Part shown: positions 1 through 14,666 of the stretch, one piece after another
Layout: every line of letters starts with the position of its first letter
Position numbering within the stretch: position 1 is the stretch's first letter
Source: Azolla caroliniana
Taxonomy: Eukaryota > Plantae > Polypodiophyta
Direction: 5' to 3'
DNA: 64,000 nt
Assembly (NCBI GenBank): GCA_043228905.1
Contig: JBHGNT010000014.1
Location: forward strand, 15,438,001-15,502,000
Translations under genes and position numbers: made by a program
The notes under the pieces: model-generated
What the model was told of the DNA's origin: nothing
The model's input: the letters and a program-made list of their open reading frames with translations, nothing else
Databases searched by the model: none

Positions 1-3000
1 CTTCGGCCAATCCAAGAACCACAGGGAAATCATCATTTTCAGACATCAAATTACTTTTGGATCCTGCCAAGGATGCCTCTGCACTCTGTAAACCATTCAA
101 ATGACATCTAGAATCCATGATTAGCCGTTGAGCATGCCGTCTTTCCAAAACCATGACGACAGAGTGCTCACCAAATGCACCTCGAGCTATTGCTCTCTCA
201 AACACTTGTTGAGCTTCCACTCTTAGACAAGGTATGGTCAGCATTTCTACAAGAATATCAACATCAGCCACCCGCCAGCAAGCTGCTGCCAAGTTTAATT
301 GTTCAGCTACAGCCCCACCAACATGACCTTCAAACAATATGTTTGTCGTTGGTAATTCCATGTCAGGTTCACTACATTCACAATCTGTGTCAATGTCCCT
401 TAATAGAGCTTTTGCAACATCCATTTGACTACAAACTGTGCTCCGAACAACATCAAGAACTCTGGGTGATACAGATGGACCCAATTTCTTAAGCCTTTCC
501 CGAACAGATTTTGCCTGAGAAATGATGTTCTTCGTTAAGATATCAATGCATAATATACAACAACATCATGATAAATAAAGACATGAAGAAATGAAAATGC
601 ATACAGCCTGCGAAATACGCTGACATTTTGAAGCTGCTTTGAAAGCAAAACTAATGGCAGCAGCAAGAGGTTCATCACTAGAATCAGGAAGGATTTTGAG
701 AGCCTGATCCATGACAGTCTCCCAAATATTGTTGCCAACCTCCAACTGGCTAAGAGCCCCTAAAAGCTGGAAAGGTAGCAGAGAGTTAGTTCCCACAAAC
801 TACAAGAGACAGAAATTTGAAGCAACTAAAATGAGAATTATTTAAAAGTAAATTAGAGATAGAGCCAACAAACTGGAAGATGTAAACTAGGTTCCGCTTC
901 GGGTTGCCGTATGCGGTCAAGTAGTACATCTGCAGCCATGGAGTGTTCAGAAACATCTACAAGTTTTGGCACTAATGCAATAAGATCAGACTGCAGGTGT
1001 TTTGGTGCCTTTTCTAAGACTAATGCTATCTTTTGTGCTGATTGAGGTCTTCTTCGAGGTTCAGGACAACCTTGTGGCACGGCCCCATCCAATGCCCTCA
1101 ATGAATTGACTATCAATCCGAGAAGCTCATCAGATTGTTCTGGCCACTTGGGCTGCAAAATGAAACGAATAGAAAGGAACTAGCTAAATCAATGAAATGT
1201 GTTATTCAAATCATTGGTATAGACACTGTACATTTCACTCTCAACATACCTTAGTAGCAGAAGTATCCCTTTGATTAGATTCCAAGGAGAAGGAACTCTG
1301 ATTGATAGGACCTTTTGAAGTCTGCAACTCTACACCTGTTAAATCATTGTTTCCTACTGCTTGAGTTGCCATCATAACATCAAGTTCATTGTCCAGCCTC
1401 TGAATAGGAGAAGATTGAGCAACAGTATCTGGTGCAGCAGTCTCAAAAGCCCTCCATGCAAAAGAGTTCTTCACACCTAAATTGCTTGTATCTGGTATCA
1501 TTGTCCTTGGCTTGGTATCTACAAACTCCTCGTTATTGGACGGTTGGCAACACTCCACCATGATGTCAAGCAGTAAGTCTGCAATAGCTTGCTGGAGAAC
1601 CTTAACACCCATTAACAAGTTCATTAAACTTGGGGAAGTAGCCTCTCCCTTTGCATTGCCTTTTTTAGACCCAGTACTATTGTATGCTGTGGACAATTTT
1701 GTGGGGAGAAGCAATCTTTTAACTTTGGCCGGGTCATCAAGGTACACCCGCAAACCAGTCAGAAAAGCTGCAATAGCTCCTGCATCCATCAACAATTTCT
1801 CTCTGAGAGTGACCTGCAACTGTGATGGATCCAAAAGCAGTGGTGGGTTGTCACCATAACTTAGATGAAATCCAGCTCGTGCTAACAGGTTTCTGAATAT
1901 ATCCTCCTCATCACCACTCATACCCTCACTATCATCAGAGTCCAACAATTCATCAGGGTCTGTCGAGATTGCATCTTGCTCATCATCTGAAACCATCACC
2001 TGATCAAAGAAGAAAAAAGAACAAAACAGATATATATATATATATAAATGATTTTTACTACACCAGAATTTCATATGAAAACCATATATCTGAAAATGTT
2101 GCATTATCTTGAGGAACAACAAACACAAAAAAATGAGTAATGCTACTTAAGATACCAAGGCTATCGCACAAACATTTGGCTAAGGGTATACCACTTAAAC
2201 ACAAATGAACTGCTCTTTTCTTCAAAGGATGATCAATAACAAAGAATTACCTCTAGATCAGAGAACTCAAACCATGGACAGCAGTCTAAGATTTCACAAG
2301 TAAAGATAACGCTATCTCGTGACAGAAATCCAGCATCAGGTTCTACCATCTCAGAAACTTTCATGAACTGAAGAACTGAATTGTTCCAAGTTTTTGTACA
2401 TATCGATGACTCCTTCCAAACAGTTCTATCAGGATACTTTTGATTCACAACTGCCATTTTGTATCTAACCCAAAAGTTTTTGTCTAGATCTCCCCCAGCG
2501 GACTGATCACTCTCTAAATATATGCACAGTGTATCAAATGATTCATAAACCCCTGACAAAAGGAAACGTGGTTAGCGCAAAGCAAAAGAAAACTAATTTT
2601 AATAGATCCATGAATGTTCCACTTACCAATCCTCAATTCACATCCTCCAGCTTGGAAAAATTTGCTGAAGATCTTACGTGTCTCCATGATCTCCTTAAAC
2701 GCGAGAAAGTTTTCAACCTTCCACACAAATGTCCCCTGGTGAAAACTTCTAGAGCTTTCAGTCCCAGATACAGATGCTAAAGATTCATCGGTTTCTATTT
2801 TCTCTTGCATGCTGAATGATTCTTTGAGTACCAAAACCTCAGCTGAAAAGACTACAGTATCCTGTACAAGAAATCCAGAATCTTGATCAAAGAGATTGGT
2901 CAAAGTGACAAACTCTCTCCAACCCCAATCTTTAGCCGCCTTCGAATATCTATTTTGGGATTCCTTTGTAACTGATCTCTCTTCCAATCGCTGATTAACT

Positions 3001-4869
3001 ACAGATAGCCTATGGCTAACAAAGCAGCTCCAGTCAGGGGAGCCCCGTGAATCTGTCACTTCTAGAAACATAGATAAATGGCAAGGTGGTTGTGACTGCC
3101 CTGAGAAATGACAATTATTTAACATTGATAAGCAAATGGCACACATTGAACAATCATAAGCACACTCGGATTTAATAATGCTAAACTTGGGTCAAGCTAG
3201 ACCTAAGAATAAAGTTAAATTAGATGAGTATCGCATAACACATACCTCTTGGGTATACAACCAATCTGCAATCTCGAGCACCAACTTGGAATCGACGGCT
3301 CTTGATGCATAGCCCTGTTATTTTCCTCTTCTTTAAGAGGTCTTTCAGCTTAGTGAAATTCTCTATTTTCCAGACAAACTTTCCTTGCTGACCATCTAAC
3401 TTTTTCAATGCCAGCCTTCCAGAAACAGAACTGGGGCTCTTAGGAAAAATGCTTGCCTCCTTAATCACATGAAAAGAAGCACTAAATACAGCTGTGTCAT
3501 CAACAAGATAACCCATTTCCGGTGCAATAAAATCACTCATCTTCATGTAATCGTTCCATCCAAGACTAGTGTTATCACCACTCTTGTTGTCACATGCAAA
3601 TCTACCATATGAGTCTCTATGCATGTGATTTTGCCCTGCTTTTTGGTTCAATATTGACATCCGGAAAAGACACCAACAACTTCTTTCCATGGGAAGTGAC
3701 TTCTCGGTTTCTTTACTTTCCAAACACATGGATAAATAATCAGCATTTCCCACTGAAGACTGATACACACTAAGCCGTAGATTACACTCTCCAGCTGGGA
3801 ATACAGGACTCATGATTTTCTGTGTTTTAATCATTTCTTTGAAGAGGGCAAAGTTGTGTACTTTCCATGTAAATTTCCCACTAAGAACTTCAGGCATTGG
3901 GCTCGTCATGGGCTGTAATTCATTCTCTCTCGAGAATGATACCGATTCATGCAGCACTAGAATCTCCGCTGTGATGAGGACAGAATCATTGGTGAGAAAA
4001 CCTGATTTTGGATCACAGATAGTGGCCGATGGAGTGAAATCACACCACCCGTGCGATTTCTTCTTACTGGAGAAGCGATGCCATGAATCCCTTTGTATGG
4101 ATTTAGTCTCATCTTTATGGTTAACAACACAAAGTCTATAGCTAGCGAAACAATCCCATTTGGAAGATGAAGAGCTACGAGGATCCATGACTTGCAAATA
4201 GATAGAAAGATAACCAGGGAGGGCTTGAGAGTCACCTTTAGGATAGACGAGGAGGCGGCAATCATAGCCTCCTACTTCAAAGTAGCGACTCCATAATGCT
4301 CGAGCTTTCACCTTTCCAAATTGAATAATGTTCCATTTGCATAGGGCCCAGTGGTCTCCACGGCGCTCGACAATAACAGATTCTTGGCCACCGGCAGTAC
4401 CATCCCGAGGCTCCTCAGCTAATGACATAGCCAATGATGAGGTTGCGACCAATGAAGACGCGGTGGATGATGATGATGACATTGGCATGGCTGATGTGGC
4501 AGGTACTGGCATGGCAGTGGCGGTTGCTTCCTTGGCAGTAGTACCTGAACCCCCTCTCCCTCCGCTACCCAATATGGATGGCATGGCAGATGATGCGGCT
4601 GCGGTGGTGGTGGTGGTGGTGGTGGTTGCATCCTTTGCCGATGCGCCCAACACCCCTCTTCCAACACCACTGCCGCCTGCTACCGATGACGACGGTGATG
4701 TGGCCGATGATGCCGACATGGCGGTTGCTTCCTCCTCTGCCTGATGATGTGGGTGGTTCCTCTGCCTTTGTTGCTCCAAGGTAAAGGATCCCACACTCCC
4801 CCCTCTTTCTCTCTGTCCTCCATCTGCAGTTATGGACATACATCCTCCTCCTCCTCCTCCTCGCGTCAT
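1..4869 (-). CDS. MATH/TRAF-domain protein (four MATH domains, At2g25320-like), multi-exon, 3' end outside window
   Basis: GT-AG, phase-consistent exons read from sequence: 4869-3246, 3100-2627, 2552-2251, 1999-1250, 1152-874, 766-605, 514-<1. MATH motifs WSRYFEVGGYDCRLLVYPKG, GKFTWKVHNF, GKFVWKIENF, GTFVWKVENF. First in-frame ATG after an upstream TAG is 4869; a later ATG is possible. Ser/Ala/Gly/Thr low-complexity N-terminus. Confidence 0.92.
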
Positions 4870-5130
4870 CCTACCCAATGAATGACACACTGGCGATGGC
4901 TATGGAGACCCTTTTCTTTCTTTCTTCTTCTGTCTTCTGTCGTCTTCTGTATTCCTCCTCTTTTGTGCTTCTCAAGGGCATCCTTCAAAGAGATGGGTCT
5001 GCGTATCGAGACGGGTTAACAGCGAGAAAGGGGAGAGAGAAGAAGATGGGAGACTCATCATCAATATGCATATACACACACATACATATAATTCACATAT
5101 CATATGTATGTATGTATGTACATGTATATT

Positions 5131-5500
<370 letters not shown>

Positions 5501-8500
5501 GGATGTGTGTACATGTATGTGTATGCTATATATACATGTATGTGTATGTATATCAGTAGGATGGGCCATTCTTCCTATTAGCCTGGTTATAACCTAAGGT
5601 ATTGACATTTGTATCCATTTTGTCACCTCGCTCATGAGTATTGAGGTCATGCGAACCTTACAATACTATTTGTCTTGTTGCTTTCACCGACACTCTTCCT
5701 TGCATGTTATATGATTGCATTCTTGTCTCTACAACAACAGCAATCACATTGCATCAGCCCTCCCTCCTCTCATGAAACTGAAACAAATGCTTTTGACATT
5801 ATCAAAGGGATTAACCTTGTGTTGATTGCATGTGGAATGCTTAACTCCAAGACTAGTATGAACTTTCACATAACCTTCAAAATGGAGTTGAGCCTAGTGC
5901 ACGCATGTTTATTATGCTAAGCGACACTTCAAATCCCATAATGTTCCATCATCAAAATGGTAGGTTGATTTAGCACGCGTTGACTTTTGCTCATCATACC
6001 ATCAACAATATTGTTCACAAACACAGGTTAAGAGAATTATCATTATCTCAACTATGTTAGCTTCTTAATAATTTCGAGCATACGCCTCAACTTCACTAAG
6101 GGAGACAATAAAGCTATAAATTCATAAATGTCCAAACCTACTTGAATCTATGTTTAACTCGAATGCTACTCTAGGGTTGTGTCATATTGTTTCCCTCTAT
6201 ATCATGACTCATTAACCAAAATTGGTGAGATGGTTTGTTCCCAACCTTGGAGTATTACTTTCCACCTTTGAAGTTCACTTATGACGTTTGGACCAATCTT
6301 CAACTAAAACAAACCATTTTTGGTAGATTGATTTTTAACGAAATGCACCAATGCATGTCTTTACATCAAGTAATGAACTTGGTATCACCCTAATCATTTC
6401 CAATGTAACATGCGTAAAGATGTTAGTTACACATCACCCAAGGGATTTGTGAGCATTAGACATGCTTCAAAATTGTTCATTGTTGATGCATTGAGGTTGT
6501 TGATTTTGGTAAACTCTTGTTGTTGATAAAGACATTATCAATGAAGTGTGCAAAATTTGCCAAATTTTGTATGGTTCCTAACTTGTAGATAAATGAACCA
6601 AAGCATTGCTTAAAGAAACTATTACATACGAGAACAATTTGGATTTCTTTTGGGTCATTCTCAAGGACCATATGAATTCGAATATCTTGATGCTTCTTGT
6701 GCATGACAATTCCAATCAAGTATCAACATGGAGGTGAAATTTAAGTGGAAACATTATAGAGGATGATGTCAATTAGGAGAAAATCAAGCTTGATTTCCCT
6801 CCATTGTTACTTGTGAAAATGAGTTTTAAGATCATGGGAGCGCAATACAATAACATATAGAATTAAATGAGATTAATAAGCCAAAGATAGCCCACTCTTG
6901 GTATAAATATCCCATCAACCATGGTGTAAATATATACACAATGCTATTTTGCACCCCCTATTGCAATTACCCTCTTTCAGTTGTCGATTCTCCTTGTTTG
7001 AGACTCAAGAGCTTGTAGCAAGAATATAACTCTTCAATTTACCCACATTTATATGCACTAATCGTACTCACATGTGCTATGGGACATGTGAGGGTTTCAT
7101 GCTAGTCAATGGGCTTGATGGAGGGTGAAATGTCTTGCATCAGTTATTCTAATCACATTAAATAATTCAAATTGTACCATGATCCCCACTCTAAAACATG
7201 TGTGCGAATTTAGAGTTGGTGTCAAGGGTAAATTCAAACAAACGCAGACAAACATTTATATCATCAATGATCTTTGATGCACACGATCATTATAGCTAAA
7301 TACTTGTTGGGTGGATGAGTTAAAGACAACTTCCATTTTTTTATTATAAAACCCCAATAATCCATTTTCCAATACGTGTCCCAAAGCATATGCATAATCC
7401 TAAGGTTTTACGCAAAGTCCGTATGCAAATTTAACACCCCGACCAAAGTGCCATAATGTTTGAAGTGATGAAGATAAGTATGTTGCATTTATCGAAATTC
7501 ATTATATTGTCATCGTCAAATTGATCAATACACTTACATAGTATGAGAATGCACATGCATTTATACATTGGAGCTTTGACTTTGAAGTTCCTATACTACA
7601 TATTCTTCCGACATATAAGGTTGGAAAGCAACCACGAGTTAACTTGACATTAGGATACCGTGATGACAATACTATTGGAATTTCAAGGTCACAATGGGTG
7701 TGTTAATTCTTTATGTCTATGGAGTCGTTACGCACATTGTATTATCATCACAAATAATGGAAATGAATTTCTTGATACCAATTGCAAATGGCACAAAACG
7801 TTATTCGTCATCACATACATCCTCTCACATTATTTGTGGCTATCATAGCATTCCCATCCTACTTCACGTTTCTAGAATATTAGAGGTTCATCAAACCAAA
7901 TATAGGTTTTGTACCGAGATGATACAATGTCTTGACCAATTTATGAATATAACCACACACAAAGAGCATCAAAAACATGCAAATAGTATCTCCATATCAA
8001 TGGACATGTTCATGATAAATTCTAGTTTTATCAAATCCTCGTTATAATCAAACATCATCCTTGATAGTGTCCTTTATTGTATTCAACGATGGCCTATGTA
8101 GCTATACAATCCAAACCTTTCTATAAAATTAACATGTCTTATTTTGAACAATATAAACCAATCCACCATTATCTTCTTTTCTCTCTACTATAATATAGAG
8201 GACAAGTGGGTGAATATAATACTTTCAACATTGTTTGCCTTAGGAATTGGATATTAAGGGCATCACACATGTCTCTTGCAACCTTTAGTTTATTGTCGAT
8301 GTCAGCTTGAATGTTGATCCCTATTATATAAAACATTTGCAATAGCTTCTTTATATACCGAAATTTGGAATTGCACAAACTTATGTCATGAGTATCTTTT
8401 ACCCTAAACTAGAGAGTATACCCGCACAATTCTATTATGGGTGGCAACATGTATCATTCATTTCGTGATGTACAAAATGGCATATGAAGAACGTTAAGAT

Positions 8501-8670
8501 GATTCTTCACTTTGGCAAGAAAATTATTACTAGTGAAAACCTTAAAAAAGCATAAAGGATTTATAGAATACAAAAGATTGCATGGACTATGATGTATTGG
8601 AAAGTTGTGAGCAACAAAAAATGATCTCAAACCATGATTAAATGTATAAACCTAAATCTTTACAAGTATT

Positions 8671-8965
8671 TGTGGAGATTGGACCCTAGGTCTATGAGAA
8701 AGATAGATTGAAAATGCACAACATGGAAATTGAAAACAAGAAGTTGAAAGAGAATACACAATACACAGGTTTTACGTGGAAACCCTAAACAAGGGGAAAA
8801 ACCACGGGCAATAGATTTGCACTATACAGTTGAGATACAAGAGGAAAAACGGATTACAAGGACTCTGTTATCTTAAAGTATTCCCCACTTAGGGTTTTAC
8901 AAGAGTGTCACTCACACTCACACTCTCTCTCTTCTCTTCCTAGTCTCTGTTGTGCTCTCTTCTAC
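8671..8965 (-). mobile_element. Partial Ty1/copia LTR remnant
   Basis: Contains TTTACGTGGAAACCCT...GAAAAACCACGGG, shared with copia LTRs at 16139, 20850 and 51272; cut at 8966 by a gypsy element. Left boundary approximate. Confidence 0.55.
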
Positions 8966-11900
8966 TGTTACGGGCATGACCATATAATATCCCGTGGTGA
9001 GAATTTACCATAGTATTCTATACACATGGATAAGTGTGAGGGTTAAACGAGAGTGTAAAGAAGGGGAGGATTACTTTTAATCCTCGGGATTGAGACAACC
9101 CATTAGGCCAAGTGTGAACTTGCCTGGGGGCCTTGGGTATCGCTATAAATAAGAGGCGTAGCTACCCTCATTTCATCATCTTGTTGACTACGTCGAGACT
9201 CTATCTTGTGGTGGGTCAACTCTTGTAGCGAGCGCGCCAGCACCAGGTACGACTCGACACCACGACGGTGGTATGGGACGCCGATCGAGGCTTGAGTCCA
9301 TCTTGATCCCTTCGCTCGGGGGTGATCGGGTGGATCAACACCCTTCTTTCTCTCTTTCCTCTCTATCTAGATCTATCTTTTATCCTTATTTTATGCTTAC
9401 ATTAGTTCATGTCTCTAATAGTTGGTTTCGGAGCCTATGTTCTAATGTTTCTTTTGTTGTCTTCTGTCTTGTTGATTGATGGTGATCGATCGATGTGCGG
9501 TCGGCCTTGATCCAGACAACGATCAAAGAAGGAACTTTGGTAACTCTTTTCTTTTCTTTTTTTCTTTTTTTCTTCTCCCATCTAATCATGTGTATAGTCT
9601 ATATGTAATTGTTTTCATTAATTTAATGATGTTGTAGTGGTAATTAATTGGTTGTATAAAACGTTTACATATGTGTATGAGGTCAATACCTCATTTGACA
9701 TATTTAATTGGTTGTATAAAACGTTTACATATGTGTATGAGGTCAATACCTCATTTGACATATATTGAATATGTGATTAGTGTCGTATGCGCATGAGGTT
9801 AATACCTCAATTGCGTATTACACTCACATACATATGTTACGTATGCGTATGAGGTCAATACCTCGATTTCGTTGTAAATGATATGTGTTTGGTCTCGTAT
9901 GCGTAAGAGGTCAATACCTCAATTGTGTATTACGATGAACCCTTATTTTTGGATGTTTCGTTTGCGTAGAGGTATATGTCTCGATTACGTATCTCTATTA
10001 TATCATTTATGGCTATTTGATGTAACGATTTGTTTAATGTACGCATATGTGGTCATGTGTATACGTATTTGATCGTATATATGTGATAAGTAAACATATG
10101 TGTATATTTGATATTATGTGATTTCTATCGAATGTTGTCCTCGTCGGGAAAAGGATCTTGGTGGCCATCCTCACATTTTTGTGAGAATGGTGTTTTCACC
10201 ATCCCTTTTTCAACAATTTTTTGTTGACATCCTCGTTGGTCACTTCGATATTTCATTACATAATGAAACAATCATAGCCACAATGGTGTTGAGTACGCAA
10301 GGTTTAACCCACTTCATGTGAGGTCGCTCCTATGACACACATATCCAACATCCCTCCCTCGTTGCATGGATACGATGCCACCATGAGATCATTCTTACAA
10401 GAGGCATTCCTAATGACGTAACCATGTGATGGGCCACGTGGGCCTACTATGAAAAGAGGGCTCATTTGGCTTGGCCATTAGGTTGCATTGGCGTATGCCA
10501 TCGTAATTACGAGACTTGAGGTTAGGTAACGTACCAACATATTTTGTAGTAAACGAGGGGGAAATAAGGACTCTTGACATATATGTTTCTTTTAAAAAAG
10601 ACATAATGGGCAAATGCCTCGCATATCTCTTATACGCATGAAACATTAAACATTCAAGAAGAGCAACCTACTTGGTTGGCTCAAGTGTTTAATGCATTTG
10701 TTCTTGAGGTCTCGCGTTCAAATATAACCAAGACCATACAACATCGTTGATACATATGACCATAACACATGTTTAGACTTGAGGTCTAAGTGCACTTCGG
10801 GGTCCTCATAATAGGACTTAAAGAGCCGAAACCACATATGTGGGCACCGAAACATAGTTCATTGTTAACATTTTTTTCGTGTATAAACTATTCATGACGC
10901 GAACATACATGGTTGAACCTCGGGGAGCTGCCATGAAAAAAATCGATATAGAGATCAGGGAAAGACATTTATTTGTCACCCCCATGGTTTTTAAAACACC
11001 TTTGTGTTACCATAGTAACCTGATCTTGAATCTCATCTCATACGTCTAGAGGGGTATTGACGTGAGATCATGATATCAATTAATGTTTGCCCATGATATG
11101 TTTACATCATGACATGATGTTATGACTATTTGTCTGACCTTATCCTATTTCTTTGCCAAAAATAATCATTTAATGACTCAAAATAACGACCCGATGTCAT
11201 CCGCTCAAGCGGAAGGAACTCAAGGAAATCCTCCTGGACAAATGTCCATTGAGATGTATTTTTCGCAAATAACCCAATACCTTAGTTTCACCGCTCAAAA
11301 GATGACCGAACTTCGGCAATCTCAAAGTGCGCTTGAGGCACGTGTCATTAGTTTACAACGTGAGAGTAATAAATCTGATGAGCGATAGGGTGAACCATCG
11401 TTTGTCGTTAAGCCATTTACGGGAGAAAAAAAGGAAAGAACCGAAGAAGCAATCTGCACGTGGCTGGGCCGATGGGAGTCTCATTTTGAGCTCTATCCCA
11501 CGCCAGATAGTACGAAGATTGCATATGTCGGCCAAGAACTAGGGGGTAAGGCCGCCGCGTGATGGCGTGGGCTCCGAACTTTGGGGAAATTGCCCAATAC
11601 CTGGACAGATTTTGTCACAGTTTTTAAGGGCCAATTTCTGCAACCTCCATCTTGAACCGAGGCAGCTCAAGCTTTAATGAACCTCTCTAGCAGGAAGTTT
11701 TCCTCGCTAGAAAACTATGTCCACCATGCTAGAACCCAAATCCAAAAATCGGGTCTAGAAGGGGACAATTGGTTAATAGCTTGTTTTGTCAATGGCATCC
11801 CCAATTCGGACTATCACTAGATAATGCACGATAAGGATCCAAAATCCTTCGTAGAGGCTATTGAAATAGTTCTTCGCTATCAACGCACTTCGAAGAAGGA

Positions 11901-13832
11901 CCACAACAAACCCAACGAAGCGCCTGGGACTAAGTAGTCGCAATTCCCTGGGAAACGCAAGACACCCAACGAATTCATGGATCGTGATTGTAAGCGACAA
12001 CATCCTTTTTGCGTATTCTGCAAAAAGAAGGGTCATACAAAAGAGCAATGTCGAAAGCTCCAAAGAAAAGAGCACAACAGCAAAGCAAAAGCTGTAGACC
12101 ATAAAGGTCATATTCCTAAGGTCCTTAAGGTCTATACACATCATTTAAGTAATTGTCAATGTTCTTTCCCTCACTATGTATTGGGTCCCAATGATTTACT
12201 ACGTGCAAATGGGTATATCAATCAATGGATCTCCCATACAATTTTTGTTTGATTCGTGAAGCTCACACAACTTTGTGAATGATCGTTTGGTTCAAATATG
12301 GGGAATCCAACCCACCATAAGTGATCACACCTATACGGTGCACTTGGCTGATGGAAGAGTACAATACATCAATGGGGCGATTCATTCATTAGGAATTTCT
12401 ATTGATACTTATATAGAGGAAGTAAACTTCCATGTAATGAATCTTTGTACCACTGATGTAATATTGGGTTATCCTTGGTTCTATAATAAAAACTCTTCTT
12501 TATCTATTGATTGGGTTCATCATTCAATAACTTTTGTACTGAACGATTGTACTCATTTTATTCAATGTGTAAAAAAACAATCCCTCTCGATTGTTTCCTC
12601 TCCATCAATATCCGAGTTGTCTTGTTCTACTCTATTTTATTGTGTACTTGATCCAGACATTCACGTTTACAATATCGATAATGTCTTTATTCAATTAACA
12701 TATTTTGAACAACAACTTGATGAAATCTTAAATGATTTTCGTGATGTTTTTCCAAGTGAACTACCAGATGGGTTACCTCCTAAACGTAATATAGACCATC
12801 GTATAGATATTGTACCTAGTGTTCCACCAATAAGTATACCTCCTTATCGCTTAAGTTGATCCGAAGAGGATGAGGTATCTAAGCAACTCAAGGACTATTT
12901 ATGAATGGGTTATATACGTTATAGTAAATCTCCATGGGGTGCACCAGTTCTCTTGGTTAAAAAGAAAGAGGGCACATGGCGTATGTGTATTAATTACCGA
13001 CGCTTGAATAAAGTGACGATCAAGAATTCGTATCCATTGCCCCGGGTTGACGATCTAATTGACCGTCTCCAGGGAGCTCGGTATTTTGCGAAACTTGATC
13101 TCTGTACTGGCTACCATCAAATACGTATAAGTGAGGATGATGTTCCTAAAACGGTATTTCGTACGCGCTATGGCCATTATGAGTTTTTGGTTATGCCTTT
13201 TGGTTTGACTAATGCTCCGGCAACATTTCAACAAGAAATGAATGACATTTTCCGAGAACAACTTGGAAAATTTGTCGTTATTTTATTGGATGATATTTTA
13301 GTTTATAGTCGTACATTACAAGAACATGCTAAACATGTCTACTTTGTTTTACAAACATTGTGTGACAAACTGTTTTATGCGAAGATCTCAAAATGTGAGT
13401 TCTTCAAGAAATCAATTACTTATCTTGGACATCTCATAACCGAACAAGGAGTTGAAATTGATCCTTCTCGCATTGAGAAAATCAAGCTTTGGCCCACTCT
13501 TCGGAATATTCGAGAAGTTCGATCATTACTTGGTTTTGTCGGGTTTTTGCAAAAATCCCTTCGTAATTACTCCCAATTGACAACGTCGTTTACTAATTTT
13601 CTAAAACGTCAAACGCGTAAGTCTACAAAACCTATTGTCTGGAATGCTACACTAGACCTCACCTTTAAGGAACTCAAGGACCTGGTGTGCAAGGCTCCTT
13701 CACTTCTTTTACCTGATCCTTCAAAACCTTTTGAGGTTGAAACCGATGCAAGAGATTATGCTATAGGTGATGTCTTATATCAAGATGGTAAACCAATAGC
13801 ATTCGAGACTAAGAAACTTGATTATGCTCAAT
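8966..13832 (+). mobile_element. 3'-truncated Ty3/gypsy element (5' LTR, long UTR, gag-PR-RT-partial RNase H), decayed
   Basis: Starts TGTTACGGG, TATA at ~9144. Gag ~11122-12100 with CCHC knuckle CVFCKKKGHTKEQC; protease ~12200-12600 (DVILGYPW); [36 protein letters not shown]; RNase [14 protein letters not shown]. Several stops; ends abruptly against copia sequence. Confidence 0.88.
9644..9985 (+). repeat. Tandem array of 56-62 bp units, each with a GAGGT-CAAT-ACCTC hairpin, in the gypsy 5' UTR
   Basis: Hairpin cores at 9679, 9739, 9795, 9851, 9907 and degenerate 9969; first two 60-bp units identical. Confidence 0.85.
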
Positions 13833-14666
13833 GTCTGAGAGTGATAAGCAACATTCTTGGCTAGATGTATGGCGCTCTGACTATCACAATGGAGCAAGAA
13901 TTATCCTTGTGTCATTCCCAGTTCATTGAGAAAACTCCTCATCCATATCAGCTCCTCACCAGCCTCCACAACAACCATATATTTTGCCTCTATGGTCGAC
14001 AAAGCCACAATCTTCTGCAGTCTTGACTGCCATTCCCCCTGCATAGGTCATCACGTAACCTGACGTGGATCGGCTTGAGTCTATGTCCCACGACATGTCT
14101 GAGTCGATAAAACCTTTGAGCATAGGTTTTCCAAAACCATACCTAAGGCACACCCTTGAGGTGTGCCTTTCAAGTACACGAGTATCCACTTCACTGTTGC
14201 CCAATGTTCTCGACCTAGATTACTCATATATCGGCTCACCGTCTTGACTGCAAATGTTATGTCTAGTGGGTGTCTAGTCTCGTACAAACCATAACATACA
14301 TTAAATTGCCGACGACTGAGGCATATGGTTCTTTCCTCATTTAGCGTTGTCCTTCTCCCCTTTTGGACATTGCCTAGTGTTACGGGTACATTCTCACCAC
14401 GGGATATTATATGGTCATGCCCGTAACACCTATCATTCAACTTGTAATTGGTCAGCAACGCAAACCCGACTGGTTTTGCTTCCGAGATGTTGAATCTTTC
14501 CAAGATCTTTGACACATAATTTTGTTGTGACAACCATAACACGTTCTTAGTTTTGTCACGAACTATGTGCATCCCCAATATTTGCTTTGCCGGTCCAAGA
14601 TCTTTTATGGCAAACGACTTGCCTAATGCTTTCTTCAAGCTTGATATTTTCTTGGTGTCTTGTCTG
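13833..14666 (-). mobile_element. Decayed Ty1/copia RT-RNase H fragment, left part
   Basis: [52 protein letters not shown]; continues at 25303 across the 14667-25302 insertion. Confidence 0.88.
14378..14428 (-). mobile_element. 51-bp LTR-tip-derived mini insertion
   Basis: TGTTACGGG...CCCGTAACA 9-bp inverted termini; flanks CCTAG/CCTAT (5-bp TSD, 1 mismatch); reverse complement identical to 8966-9004 over 39 bp. Confidence 0.75.

Noticed and set aside
9270-9285. TGGTATGGGACGCC as tRNA-Met PBS of the 8966 gypsy
   Set aside because: Only 6 nt match TGGTATCAGAGC, and no second LTR exists to fix the LTR end.
9644-9985. CRISPR-like look of regularly spaced palindromic repeats
   Set aside because: Eukaryotic retrotransposon UTR; linkers are related or identical to each other; no cas genes.
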